45,125 nucleotides of DNA from a virus (IMGVR_UViG_3300011443_000022:1-45125), one strand, 5' to 3'. Shown: positions 24,028 to 33,974, counted from the stretch's first letter. Notes: generated from the letters alone by a model not told the origin. Numbers and translations: made by a program.

Positions 24028-25845
24028 ATGACTTACGGTAAGCAGGTTCAATTTACGATAAACGGCGTGAACTATCCCATCGCTGTATCTCAGGAGGGGA
24101 TGGAGTTCGGCGTCGTCGGCGTTGGCGAAGCACTTACCCGTGTTTGGAACAACTGGCAAGATGGTGCAGGATATACCTTTGAAGAAGAAGGGGTAAATGG
24201 GTATTACTATATTGACGACCTTGATGCAACGTCGAAGGGAAGAATTCGTCACGCCCCGGACTTAACGGCAACAGCCCTCCGTGCAAACTCCACTACAGGG
24301 TTTGGGTACTTTTTTGAGATAGTCCATTCGGGCGGCACGAAATTTATGGGTTTGGTGGATGGGGATAGAATCTACGTCTACTCTTTTGACGGTGCGACTC
24401 TTCATCTCAATACGCAAGTAGCAACCGCTGTATTCGGACGGCCTGTATTCTGGCAGGGTTTTTGGTATCTTCCTGCCGGTAACGCTGTAGCTGCAAGAAA
24501 GATGTCGGCAGTTAGCAACCCGCCCGTGGCAGGAGATTTTGTAGCTGTAACCGACTCTTGGAAAGCAAACCATATGTGTACGCTTCAACAAGGAGATACG
24601 GGCAAGGTGGTTCGTGCTTTTGTTGAAACCGGCAGCAAAGCCAATGCAATTGATTTATCCGCTACGACGGGGGATATTACGACCGCCTCATGGATTGATG
24701 GTGGAACAGTAGGAGATACTTCCACCGCTATTAATGATTTAGTAGAAACACAGGGGTTACTCTACGTCGCTAAGGAAGATAACCTTTACGAGTATGACTC
24801 GGATAGCATTGCTCGTCCTATTATACCTTTCTTGAGCCGTTCATCTGTTGATACGGATAACGGAAAATATACTTCCGCCTTCGGGGATATTATTTTCTAC
24901 CCTACTAAGGATGGACTATGGCGGTACAAGATTGGAGCAGATGCGAGTATTGCCGGTTTGGACGGCATGCGGTCGTATACCGAAGGGCCGGGAGCGGGAC
25001 TAGCTCCACCGATTCGTGGACGACCCTACGGAGGTATTGCCGCCAATAAGTGGATATATCAGTTGTATGATGCGGGGTCAATTTTACTCCTAATGGAGCC
25101 TACACCTGATGGCCCTGCGGAGTTTGTCAATCACATCATCCTTGCTTGGTCGGCAAAGAAGGGACTGGTGATAGACTCCGCTAATAAACTGTGGGCGAAA
25201 GAAGCATCGAGTGGGAGCGTAACGGAGACGATAGTAACGCTTGGGAACGATGCGGGGTTGGAAGACGCTGCTAGGGATGATGGTTTGTTTGGTTCGATTA
25301 TCCTGAGCGGAACATATTTAGATAAACCCGGTATGGCGAAGCAACTCCGGGCCTTTCGTATTCTTACATCCGGTGGAACCGTCGATATGACATTAAAGGT
25401 TGTACGGGATTTCGGTGCATTGGATACAATTGGTTCTATATCTGCGGCAGGACTAACCACGGTGTTGTTCACTCCCGGCACAAACGATACTGCGGATATT
25501 GTGTTCCCGGTTATTGTACTTAATGCAGCGGGTTCGTCCAGCCAAGAAGTACATGAACTCACTCTCGAAACAAAGCGCCCGTTTATCTACCGTGTCCTAA
25601 TCCCATGTGATAACGATGTGCTACATATGTTTGGATTGGAAGAGGAGCAGGCTTGGCAGAACCTCGGCAGACTCCTTGACGCGGGGTTCTATGAGATAGA
25701 ACAATTCGACCAGACCGTCACTGCTGGTAACGCCGTGGGTTGGAGCGGGGAAGTTAAATCCGTTACACATACCACGTACTCAACCGCTAACGGAAGCATA
25801 GGGCGAGCTATTGAATTACTTATACATCGCTATACGGTAGATTAA
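24028..25845 (+). CDS. Probable tail nozzle/stabilisation protein (beta-propeller-like)
   Basis: Size, beta-rich repeats (LLYVAKEDNLYEY, IIFYPTKDGLWRY), position between adaptors and fibre. Confidence 0.55.
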   Translation: MTYGKQVQFTINGVNYPIAVSQEGMEFGVVGVGEALTRVWNNWQDGAGYTFEEEGVNGYYYIDDLDATSKGRIRHAPDLTATALRANSTTGFGYFFEIVHSGGTKFMGLVDGDRIYVYSFDGATLHLNTQVATAVFGRPVFWQGFWYLPAGNAVAARKMSAVSNPPVAGDFVAVTDSWKANHMCTLQQGDTGKVVRAFVETGSKANAIDLSATTGDITTASWIDGGTVGDTSTAINDLVETQGLLYVAKEDNLYEYDSDSIARPIIPFLSRSSVDTDNGKYTSAFGDIIFYPTKDGLWRYKIGADASIAGLDGMRSYTEGPGAGLAPPIRGRPYGGIAANKWIYQLYDAGSILLLMEPTPDGPAEFVNHIILAWSAKKGLVIDSANKLWAKEASSGSVTETIVTLGNDAGLEDAARDDGLFGSIILSGTYLDKPGMAKQLRAFRILTSGGTVDMTLKVVRDFGALDTIGSISAAGLTTVLFTPGTNDTADIVFPVIVLNAAGSSSQEVHELTLETKRPFIYRVLIPCDNDVLHMFGLEEEQAWQNLGRLLDAGFYEIEQFDQTVTAGNAVGWSGEVKSVTHTTYSTANGSIGRAIELLIHRYTVD

Positions 25846-25846
25846 A

Positions 25847-28369
25847 ATGGCAGAGTCCATACTAGCACTAAAGAAACGTATAGCTAAACTTGAATCCTCT
25901 ATCCGCAACGAACACAAACATGCGGGTATTGGCAATATGCCCATGCGAGCGAAACAGGCTGGCATAGAAGGGCATCTTCACGACCTACAGAATCACTTAA
26001 ATTATCCCGCCGCTGGAAATGGCGGCACTCTGGACGACGCTTATGACTTTGGAGGAGCAGGAGCAGGCCGGACTATCACAGTTGATTCCGGCGCTGTTCT
26101 TCTTCAAGAATCAACACAAGCAGACGCCAACTCACTCCTAGAGATTGTTCGGGGGCTTGTCACTGAGTTTGCTGTTGACCTTAGAATATCTACGGATACT
26201 TCTCCACGTCTCAGGATTCTCGCTGATGGTACGCTATTCTGGGGACGTGGCGCTGGTGCAGCACAGGATGCTAAGCTATCCAGCCCCCTAGCCAACATAC
26301 TAGAAGTTGCTTCTGGCGACACCCTCAACGTAGATACTATATCTGAGACTACCTCCACTCATGGAGTGTGGATTGACAAGCTACTCAGTCTACGAAACTT
26401 CCTCCATTGGAATCAAGACGCAGCAACCATAGATGCAACATTCAATCTCACCGGATGGGATGGTGTCTCTCCGTGGATTGAGATTAACGACACCGGAGCA
26501 GGTGGAGGAACTCTAGAGGAGATTACCTCTACAGTAACTTCCGGTGCAATGATAGTTGTCACCGCTACTTCGGATAAGACTATCACCCTCAAGCACGACG
26601 CTGCTGCGGGTAATATCTCCTGTATTGGCGCTGCGGATATTACCTTACAAAACACTACCGACCACTCCACTGCTGAGTTTGCTATTCTCTTCCGGCACAG
26701 GTCTAGCCGCTGGATAGCTATGAAGGGTGGCGGGGCCGCAGCAGGTGGTTCTGCCCATGTTATTTACGAAGATGCTGTTGCTCTAACTGCACGAGCTAAT
26801 CTTAAATTTATCGACACAGATGCAGTAGTAGCAACAGACTCAATCCCAGATACACTTATTACCCTACAAGGCTATGCCTTCTTAACTGGTAGAGCGTCGG
26901 CGCAGACACTTACAGGTGGTACGGCGGCTAACGCATCACTGACGTTGCGCGGCACGTCGAGCGGCACGAACACCAACTCGCAGGTTATCATCCTCAACTC
27001 AGACCTGAGGATGACATCGGGGCGGTTCATACAGGACAACACGAACGCGGACAGGATGCACTTCGATTCCGTAGAGCCGCACGTCTACATCCTCGGCAGC
27101 TTGCAGATAGACGGGACAACGACGAGTCCCAGTCAGGCACTTTACATCGGAGCGGGAACCGGCACGGCGTTGGGACTCGGTATCTACTGGCCTGCCACAA
27201 CATCTGCGGGTTCGATAACAGGGCTGGCAATTAATGCACAGACTACTTTTTCGGGCAACAACTGTGTATTCATCGGCCTCCAATCCTCGCCGTTGATGCA
27301 GCTAGCGACAGCGACAACGGGTCACACCTTAAGAGGGCTCAGCTTCGTAGCCTCCGTCGCCACCACCGCCGCTGTATCTGTTACATGGAACGAGGTAACA
27401 GGGTGCTATGCCGGTGCCACCGTGCAGGCTCTCGGCAACAGCTTCGTCGCCAACGTTAGTACACTCAATGGCCTCTTTGTTCCCTTTTCCCTTACAGTAT
27501 CTGGCACGGGCACCATCAACGTCACGGCGATGAATGGCATCTTCATCCAGCATTGGGTTGCGGCGACGGCGAAAACCATAACGACGTACAAGGGTATACA
27601 TCTTGAAGCCGGACAGCACACGGGCGTAACTAACTATTACCCGCTTTATATTAGTGGGGTGGACTCCACAACTCAAGGCAGCATCCACCACAACAGCCTA
27701 CAACTCGGCTCAACTACCCGTTCCTTTGCCGGTGGCGACCCGGTGTTGGGAATCACGGATGCACGGACAGTACCCACGGCAGACCCAAATGGTGGACTCG
27801 TTGTATTCTCCGAGACTCAATCACTGAAAGAGCAAGGACGGCTTGCAGTCAAGCTCCCCTATCAAAAAGGCGTGGACGCCGAAACTAACACCACTGCCAT
27901 TACCGCCATTTCTGAGACGGCGTTTGCGCCCGTGTTCAACTTCCCGGCGAACTCAGTTAAGGCAGGAGATGTGTACCGCCTGACAATGAAGGGGGTATTC
28001 ACCACTGATGCGGGTAACGATGCCTTACATGTACGCATAAGATGGGGAGGCGTGGCAGGAACGGCTCTATGGAGTAGTCTTAACGGCTCGTTGCTGGCAA
28101 ATCTTACTAACCGCTATTGGGAATTAGAGGTAATGATTCACGTTGTCACTGTCGGCGCAACCGGAACCTTTGAAGTACAGGGCCGGTTCACCTATGTCAA
28201 CGTGTCAACCGGCCTCACTATGCAGTCTCGCAGCGACGGCAACACAGCAACGATTACGGTTGACACAACAGCAGCCAAAGACTTGGTTGGCACGGCTATC
28301 TGGGCAGCAACAGGAAATTCAATCACCCCTCGTCAGTGGCTCTTAGAGCAGGTATATGCAGGAGTATAA
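25847..28369 (+). CDS. Tail fibre/spike (receptor-binding protein)
   Basis: N-terminal coiled coil, Thr/Ala/Gly-rich beta repeats, modular make-up, end of the structural arm. Confidence 0.8.
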   Translation: MAESILALKKRIAKLESSIRNEHKHAGIGNMPMRAKQAGIEGHLHDLQNHLNYPAAGNGGTLDDAYDFGGAGAGRTITVDSGAVLLQESTQADANSLLEIVRGLVTEFAVDLRISTDTSPRLRILADGTLFWGRGAGAAQDAKLSSPLANILEVASGDTLNVDTISETTSTHGVWIDKLLSLRNFLHWNQDAATIDATFNLTGWDGVSPWIEINDTGAGGGTLEEITSTVTSGAMIVVTATSDKTITLKHDAAAGNISCIGAADITLQNTTDHSTAEFAILFRHRSSRWIAMKGGGAAAGGSAHVIYEDAVALTARANLKFIDTDAVVATDSIPDTLITLQGYAFLTGRASAQTLTGGTAANASLTLRGTSSGTNTNSQVIILNSDLRMTSGRFIQDNTNADRMHFDSVEPHVYILGSLQIDGTTTSPSQALYIGAGTGTALGLGIYWPATTSAGSITGLAINAQTTFSGNNCVFIGLQSSPLMQLATATTGHTLRGLSFVASVATTAAVSVTWNEVTGCYAGATVQALGNSFVANVSTLNGLFVPFSLTVSGTGTINVTAMNGIFIQHWVAATAKTITTYKGIHLEAGQHTGVTNYYPLYISGVDSTTQGSIHHNSLQLGSTTRSFAGGDPVLGITDARTVPTADPNGGLVVFSETQSLKEQGRLAVKLPYQKGVDAETNTTAITAISETAFAPVFNFPANSVKAGDVYRLTMKGVFTTDAGNDALHVRIRWGGVAGTALWSSLNGSLLANLTNRYWELEVMIHVVTVGATGTFEVQGRFTYVNVSTGLTMQSRSDGNTATITVDTTAAKDLVGTAIWAATGNSITPRQWLLEQVYAGV

Positions 28370-28371
28370 GA

Positions 28372-28605
28372 ATGGCTAGAACAATAACCTTTACAGATAT
28401 CACGATGGATAGGGCCTACCGCATTGTCCAAGACCCTGAGACGGGTGAGGTCTTTGCCCATATCTCTGGCACCTTTGTAAACGCAGAGGGATTTACACTA
28501 AAGGCTAGCACACGAATAGGGCCGCTCACAGGAACGCCCCTAAATCGTGCAGCTAGCCTATTTAGTGACCTAAAGGATTTGTATAAACTACAAGAGGGTA
28601 TTTAA
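28372..28605 (+). CDS. Small protein after the tail fibre (possible chaperone)
   Basis: AGGAG RBS before MARTITF. Confidence 0.65.
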   Translation: MARTITFTDITMDRAYRIVQDPETGEVFAHISGTFVNAEGFTLKASTRIGPLTGTPLNRAASLFSDLKDLYKLQEGI

Positions 28606-28895
28606 TCCTTGCGGGAACGCCGCCTTTCAGCGCGATTAGGCGTAGAAGTGACGTTATCTAAGCGTCTATCAATCTCCTCCATACGCCACACGCAGTCCCT
28701 AAGAACACTCATCTGTCTATCTAACGCCACCTTACGGTCGTCTTCATTTAGCTCTGGCGTGTCACTTGTCAGGTCATAGTCGGCCACCAGAGAAGAAAGG
28801 GTTTTCTGTAGCTGATTTCTTCCCTGCTGTAACGCCTCTATGTATCCCTGCGGGTCGATAAGCTGGCGAATATCATCAATAGTCTTTACTACCAT
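28602..28895 (-). CDS. Hypothetical coiled-coil protein
   Basis: ORF ending NRAERRR; stop overlaps the + strand stop in TTAA. Confidence 0.7.
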   Translation of the reverse strand: MVVKTIDDIRQLIDPQGYIEALQQGRNQLQKTLSSLVADYDLTSDTPELNEDDRKVALDRQMSVLRDCVWRMEEIDRRLDNVTSTPNRAERRRSRKD

Positions 28896-29080
28896 TATTC
28901 CGTCAACTCAAATCCATCAGAGAAGACATCCTCCAAGGTCTTGCCTTCCTTCTTCTTTGCCGCCTTTTTCTTAGGCGCTTCCTCTACAATCTCCTCCACT
29001 ACAATCTCCTCCACTACTGCAATACCGTCTCGGTGGTGCTTTCCGTGTGGCTGTGGGGGGGTTCTTTGGCTCTTACTCAT
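28895..29080 (-). CDS. Hypothetical low-complexity protein
   Basis: TAATG-coupled on both sides; 15-bp tandem repeat encoding VVEEI. Confidence 0.65.
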   Translation of the reverse strand: MSKSQRTPPQPHGKHHRDGIAVVEEIVVEEIVEEAPKKKAAKKKEGKTLEDVFSDGFELTE

Positions 29081-30423
29081 TACGGTAATACTCCTATCTT
29101 AGTCACTACGTTTGCTTGTATTGTACCATTTTCATAGTCTCTCTGGTAACACCCACTACCACAGCTAGAGCGTGGGCCTAGCGGCTCACCATAATCGCTG
29201 CTCCATAGAGTACTGAATGCGCTACCTTGTCCGTCGTGTGATGGTGTGCTATAGAAATCCCCACTTTCCCTTGCTATAAGATACATTGCTAGGCCGAACT
29301 CATCCTGCGCCGCAGTGTAGTCGGTATAACTATTATCCGCTCTACGTTCAAAGTCTAGCACTGCTGTTCCAAGACCGTGTAACCTATCCAAGTAGGCTAG
29401 ATAATCCTCCGCCCCGCTAACTGTATTACATCCATGCCTACACTGTATCCAGCCAAACTCTATCTCAACAGCATCAGGCGCGGCCCAGAACCTATCAGCA
29501 TTAGTACCATCTAAAGCCTTTAAGCTATTCCATGTTGTGTATTGGCTGTTCAGAATCAGCGGCCCATCGACCTCGTTCTGCATCCGCTCGGCCAGCGTTG
29601 CCCACGCCGCCAACCAATCCGCATTCGACACCACCGGCGTACCCTGACAGTCACTAGCATGGGGTAGGTATGCCTCCGCCACATCAATGTAAATCCCGTC
29701 GAATGCGCTCTCAGCCACTAATGCTTGTAGCTTAGCGATAATCTCGTTCTGCACATCCGCTTGTGTTACATCCGCCAGATACCGCTGACTGTTATCATCC
29801 GGGCCAAACCCATTCTGATAACATACACCGCTTGACGCCTGTAAAATATCTGAACAGTCTGTCCCCGGCTGCTCCCCTTCACACTCTGGCGTACAAAATT
29901 CATCATTCAAGCCACATATCTTAGTACTATCCTGATAAACGTACGTCGTTCCATTAAAGGCATTGCCATACTCTCGACAAATGCCACAATCAAAAGTATT
30001 AATCGCCTCGTAGTTGGTGTTCATCATTGCCGCCCCCGCTGTGGGGTTAGCATCCCACTGCGCGTCGAAGTCCAACATCTTCGACATATACCTTACCTGT
30101 GTATCACACCAGCTAAAGTTCAACATAACATGAATCAAATCTTGAATGTTAATCCAGTTATAGGGTGGGTCTATTGTACCCAAATCTCCGGGGCCGGGTA
30201 CAACATCCCACCTTACATCATAGTTAGGGTGGCCCGGTGCTGTCTCCAACCTTCGGATAGGCGCAATAAACGATGTAACATCTAGGATGCTTACTTGTCT
30301 ATCGTTAGTTAAATCCAAGGGACAGGAGGAATCGAACCCTTTAGTCTGGGTATCATTTGAGCAAGCTATAGCTAGTATAGAAAACAGCAATAGCAACACC
30401 CCTCCCGCAATCCATTTCTTCAA
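29080..30423 (-). CDS. Lipoprotein with dockerin-like module and putative glycoside hydrolase (GHL15-like TIM barrel)
   Basis: Lipobox LAIAC; DLTNDRQVSILDV...WINIQDL; FDGIYID; FGLAMYLI; DYGEPLGP...YQRDYENGTIQAN. Confidence 0.7.
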   Translation of the reverse strand: MKKWIAGGVLLLLFSILAIACSNDTQTKGFDSSCPLDLTNDRQVSILDVTSFIAPIRRLETAPGHPNYDVRWDVVPGPGDLGTIDPPYNWINIQDLIHVMLNFSWCDTQVRYMSKMLDFDAQWDANPTAGAAMMNTNYEAINTFDCGICREYGNAFNGTTYVYQDSTKICGLNDEFCTPECEGEQPGTDCSDILQASSGVCYQNGFGPDDNSQRYLADVTQADVQNEIIAKLQALVAESAFDGIYIDVAEAYLPHASDCQGTPVVSNADWLAAWATLAERMQNEVDGPLILNSQYTTWNSLKALDGTNADRFWAAPDAVEIEFGWIQCRHGCNTVSGAEDYLAYLDRLHGLGTAVLDFERRADNSYTDYTAAQDEFGLAMYLIARESGDFYSTPSHDGQGSAFSTLWSSDYGEPLGPRSSCGSGCYQRDYENGTIQANVVTKIGVLP

Positions 30424-30436
30424 AGCAATCTCCCTC

Positions 30437-31183
30437 TTAAAACCATCTCACCGGAGTTTGCGCTAGATTTCTATGCGGAGCCAACTCCTTAAACACCCGC
30501 TCTAGTTCCACTACATCCTTCTGACAGTGTTTGATAATATAATTCAGCGCATCTGCATCCCCCCTTAATGCTCGTAGCCATATTTGTCCGACGATGCTAT
30601 CCTTCTTTGTCTTCCCAAAAAGGAAATCCCCTACACTAGCAAGCCGATTACTATGCAGCTTCAACTTCCAGCGGGAAGTATAGTACATATCGACGTGTCG
30701 CGCATAACCAAGCGTTGGCACACCTGCGGCTATCGCCCTCGTAGTAGTAAACGGCATGTCATACCCTGTACCATACCACGTCACAATATAATCATACTTA
30801 CGTAGCTCTTCGATAATATCAGGAACGATTGTCTCGTCCCCCGCCACACCTTCAATAGCGAAGGTCTTAGTCTTACCCCCGACCGGCTTGATACAAGCAC
30901 ACAGCATAGCCCCAAAATCAGCGTCAAGCTGTGTAGCTTCAATATCAAAGATAGCAAAGGATTTGTTTTTCAAAATCCATGCGTCTTTAGCTTTGTTTCT
31001 TTCCGCCCTTGCCTGCTTGCGGTGTTCTTCTAACTCCCATGCAGTTTCATCATAGATTCTAAGCGGGGTAGCAAGCCTCTTTACACTGTTCTCCTGCTTC
31101 CGCTTACACTTACAATCCTTACAATACTTCGCATTATGTACTGTTGAATCAACCTCATGGCAATTGTCGTAAACACATCTCAT
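30437..31183 (-). CDS. RNase H-fold 3'-5' exonuclease (RNase_H_2/YprB-like) with N-terminal Zn finger
   Basis: FDIEA, TWYGTGYDMPF, HVDMY, HCQKDV. Confidence 0.85.
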   Translation of the reverse strand: MRCVYDNCHEVDSTVHNAKYCKDCKCKRKQENSVKRLATPLRIYDETAWELEEHRKQARAERNKAKDAWILKNKSFAIFDIEATQLDADFGAMLCACIKPVGGKTKTFAIEGVAGDETIVPDIIEELRKYDYIVTWYGTGYDMPFTTTRAIAAGVPTLGYARHVDMYYTSRWKLKLHSNRLASVGDFLFGKTKKDSIVGQIWLRALRGDADALNYIIKHCQKDVVELERVFKELAPHRNLAQTPVRWF

Positions 31184-31770
31184 TAAAAACCTCGCTGATT
31201 AACCATGATTGCTGTGTCCAATGCATCCTTCAAATTATGTGCGGCGTACGGCGTCTTTACCTGCACGTTGTACGGCCAGCACATCTTCACAACAATCAGC
31301 CCTGCCTCAATCGCTGGCTTAATGTGTTTAGGAGAATCATCAACAAGAACACGTATCCCCAAATCATTACAAAGATGCCCCTTTTCCTCTCCGCTCTTTA
31401 CTCTCACCACAAGCGGTTCCTTTATACCATTAAATTCCAACCACTTAACTGTCTGGAACCACGGCTCTACTCCATCCCGCCGCGTCATAAACACGACGTT
31501 ATTCCTATGTATGTCCCGCAGGAAATTCATTTGGAAAGGCCAGAGAGGTTTCAGTGTAAACCAAAACCTGTCGCTCTCCATAATCCGTTCCCAAACATTG
31601 TCGTTTAATTCCTCGGTATATCCTTCCTTCCAGTACCAATCCCGAAAGTCCCACGATAGTACCCGCTGGTAGTCACTTACAATAGGCGCTTCGGGGTTAA
31701 CCCTCCCCGCCATCCGTGTATATCCCTCAGTGAAGTTCGCAAGAACTCCATCCATATCAACTGCTATCAT
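31183..31770 (-). CDS. HAD-family 5'(3')-deoxyribonucleotidase
   Basis: IAVDMDGVLANF, FMTRR, LVDDSP, WPYN. Confidence 0.88.
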   Translation of the reverse strand: MIAVDMDGVLANFTEGYTRMAGRVNPEAPIVSDYQRVLSWDFRDWYWKEGYTEELNDNVWERIMESDRFWFTLKPLWPFQMNFLRDIHRNNVVFMTRRDGVEPWFQTVKWLEFNGIKEPLVVRVKSGEEKGHLCNDLGIRVLVDDSPKHIKPAIEAGLIVVKMCWPYNVQVKTPYAAHNLKDALDTAIMVNQRGF

Positions 31771-32105
31771 GCGTGTTCATCTTCCCACAACACCCGACAG
31801 ATAGCAGCATAGACCCCTATATCATCGAAGCTATCCACCACTCCCTCATTTGCCAGTGTCCCTGTCTGTGCGTACGTCTGCAATCTGCTTATCTTATCAC
31901 AGAGGCGAATCAATGCCGCCCTCCACGGCTCGACGCCGAATAGCTTACTCTGTCTGAGGTTGGCAAAGGGGTCGTCCCCGCTACCATAGTCTGCCTGCTT
32001 CCGGTCGTGCAGGTCGCCCCACTCACCGAGAATATCATGGAAGCGTTCAGACGCCGGATGCCTCTTCGGAGTGGAGAGATAAGGAATATAATGATTTACT
32101 TCCAT
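31767..32105 (-). CDS. DUF1599/nucleotide-modification-associated domain 1 (MazG-like helical) protein
   Basis: K.ADYG..DPFANL, IRLCDKISRL, EGVVDSFDDIGVYA; start at MEVNH, TAATG-coupled to the ERCC4 gene. Confidence 0.8.
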   Translation of the reverse strand: MEVNHYIPYLSTPKRHPASERFHDILGEWGDLHDRKQADYGSGDDPFANLRQSKLFGVEPWRAALIRLCDKISRLQTYAQTGTLANEGVVDSFDDIGVYAAICRVLWEDEHA

Positions 32106-32803
32106 TATGTCGCCGTTAGCGCGTCGTATAGCTTCTTCTTCATTGTCTCCCCCAAACCCTCCACCTTTATAGCCTTCCACTGGCTCGGTGATAGGGAGGA
32201 AAGTTCCTTGATACTCCACTCCGAGAGGCTCTGTGCCCTTGTAATCCCTAGCCCCGGAACAAGTGCAGCCAGTGCCTCTGCACGGCCCGTCTCTGTCCCT
32301 GTCCATAGTAACTGCCTCTTCCTTCGGGGTTTCAGATGGCCCTTCCTCTGACTCCAATTGTACAAAAGGCGGATGCGTTCGCCTAAACCATTCCCAATAC
32401 ACGTCGTCAGGTAAATCCCCGCCATCTGCCACGAGAGCAGATAGTCGTCTATACCATCTCTCGTCCACTGTATCGGGCACTGCATCCTTTTCAAGTGGGC
32501 TATCTGTGCCGCAGCATCCCCCTGTACTAGCAGAATAGGAATTGGATATGTCTCCACCATTCGCTGCAATTGCTCCATCAAACGAGTACTTGGCGGTAAA
32601 CTGTTCAATAAGTCGTTTGCTTCTTTCCTCTCCACTCCCACTACACATTCAAATCCTCCACTGTACCATACTATATCCCCTGTCTCCATCTTCTTCTCTA
32701 TCACCGGAACGTGGGGGAGAGCCTTCTGTATCGCCTCAACAGTCGGCTTCTCCCCCCTTGTATCGACGATGATAGGGTAGACTATACTAGTCTTGCTAGT
32801 CAC
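32105..32803 (-). CDS. ERCC4/XPF-family nuclease (probable resolvase)
   Basis: IIVDTRGE, GDIVW, GVERK...DL..S, RL.EQL.RM, C-terminal HhH (VPGLG; VEGLG). Confidence 0.88.
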   Translation of the reverse strand: MTSKTSIVYPIIVDTRGEKPTVEAIQKALPHVPVIEKKMETGDIVWYSGGFECVVGVERKEANDLLNSLPPSTRLMEQLQRMVETYPIPILLVQGDAAAQIAHLKRMQCPIQWTRDGIDDYLLSWQMAGIYLTTCIGNGLGERIRLLYNWSQRKGHLKPRRKRQLLWTGTETGRAEALAALVPGLGITRAQSLSEWSIKELSSLSPSQWKAIKVEGLGETMKKKLYDALTAT

Positions 32804-32891
32804 AACAAGTAATCACAAACCCACACGTCATACAGATATACTTCCCGCCCGAACTCAGCCGCATTAAATTACCGCAACACCAACAACACAT
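32796..32891 (-). CDS. 31-aa Zn-ribbon peptide
   Basis: MCCWCCGNLMRLSSGGKYICMTCGFVITCCD; TAATG-coupled to the upstream gene. Confidence 0.6.
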   Translation of the reverse strand: MCCWCCGNLMRLSSGGKYICMTCGFVITCCD

Positions 32892-33211
32892 TACAGCGCC
32901 AATCTCAACACACTATCATCAGTACGGAAGGACACAACATCCCCCGCCATCATGTTAAGCTGAGCAATGGCGTTCTTGTAGCCCTTAACTTCAAGAGCAG
33001 GCTTAGTTGGAGGACGATTCTGATAGCCTAGACCCACTTCGACACCGCGTTCGATTTGGTCGAGAGCTATCTTTGTAGCCTTCTTCTGCCACGCTGCTAG
33101 TTTATCAGGATAACCCGCCTGCTCGGCCAAAAACTTCTGCTGTTCCCGTTCAATCTTAACCTCTAATGCTTGAATAAGCATAGCCTTATTAAACTTCTGT
33201 GCTGTTGCCAT
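32891..33211 (-). CDS. Hypothetical helical protein
   Basis: AAAGGA RBS before MATAQKF. Confidence 0.7.
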   Translation of the reverse strand: MATAQKFNKAMLIQALEVKIEREQQKFLAEQAGYPDKLAAWQKKATKIALDQIERGVEVGLGYQNRPPTKPALEVKGYKNAIAQLNMMAGDVVSFRTDDSVLRLAL

Positions 33212-33974
33212 TGTTATATTCCTTTCCAATCACCATGCGATAAAGCATATCGAACGTAACATCCGCTAAGTCCAGCCCTAGCAGACTCTCCTTCAACTTG
33301 CTCGTTACAATCTTACTCATATGCGTCCGCTTATCCGGCACCGTAACCACATTCACCTTACCCACTCCTGCTTCTACCTGCGCCTTCTCTGTCGGCACCG
33401 CAATCTCAGGACAGTGAACGTAGAGTTCCGTGTTTAGCCAACTCCTTGTATCTCCGAATCCTTTTCTATCCATTCCATCAGTCTTAGTCTTTGCTCCTGC
33501 CCATACAGGTGACGCGGTGGTACTAACGCAGACCTGTATACCACTCCGTGCCAGTCTTTGATAGTGGGTGTTAAAGTAGTTATTAACCCCTGCATGGTCG
33601 CGCGGCATAGCGTCCTCTGGAAGAAGCGCCGTCCGAACAATGGACAGAAAACGGTTCTCTCCGTCCAAGAAAAATCCTTTACACTGAGCGATGGCTGTGC
33701 GTACAGCCGCGTCAAACTGTAAGAGTAATCCCTGTGCGGCAGAAGGAGAGAGAGTATCCAAATCAACCTGTATAGGAACATAATACAACTCCTTCGTGTT
33801 GGGTAACTTCGCCACTAGACTTCCCGCTGGTCTATCACAGTTAACAAACATCAACGGAGAGGGTAGGCTTAGTCCAACGCTACTCTTCCCCGTACCTTCT
33901 AATCCAAACAGACCAATAAACAGAGCATCTTCTTCTTCACCTGTTGGCCTCTGTCCACCTACTAACTTTTCGAT
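33189..33974 (-). CDS. P-loop ATPase (AAA_24/Sak4/RecA-like); probable ATC start at 33974
   Basis: Extending ORF 33189..33854 upstream in frame gives IEKLVGGQRPTGEEEDALFIGLFGLEGTGKSSVGLSLPSPLMFVNCD (Walker A); Walker B-like FFLDG; AAGGAG 7 nt before ATC. Confidence 0.8.
   Translation of the reverse strand: MEKLVGGQRPTGEEEDALFIGLFGLEGTGKSSVGLSLPSPLMFVNCDRPAGSLVAKLPNTKELYYVPIQVDLDTLSPSAAQGLLLQFDAAVRTAIAQCKGFFLDGENRFLSIVRTALLPEDAMPRDHAGVNNYFNTHYQRLARSGIQVCVSTTASPVWAGAKTKTDGMDRKGFGDTRSWLNTELYVHCPEIAVPTEKAQVEAGVGKVNVVTVPDKRTHMSKIVTSKLKESLLGLDLADVTFDMLYRMVIGKEYNNGNSTEV

Noticed and set aside
28981-29016. 15-bp tandem repeat as a regulatory or CRISPR-like repeat
   Set aside because: Only about 2.5 in-frame copies encoding VVEEI, with no spacers
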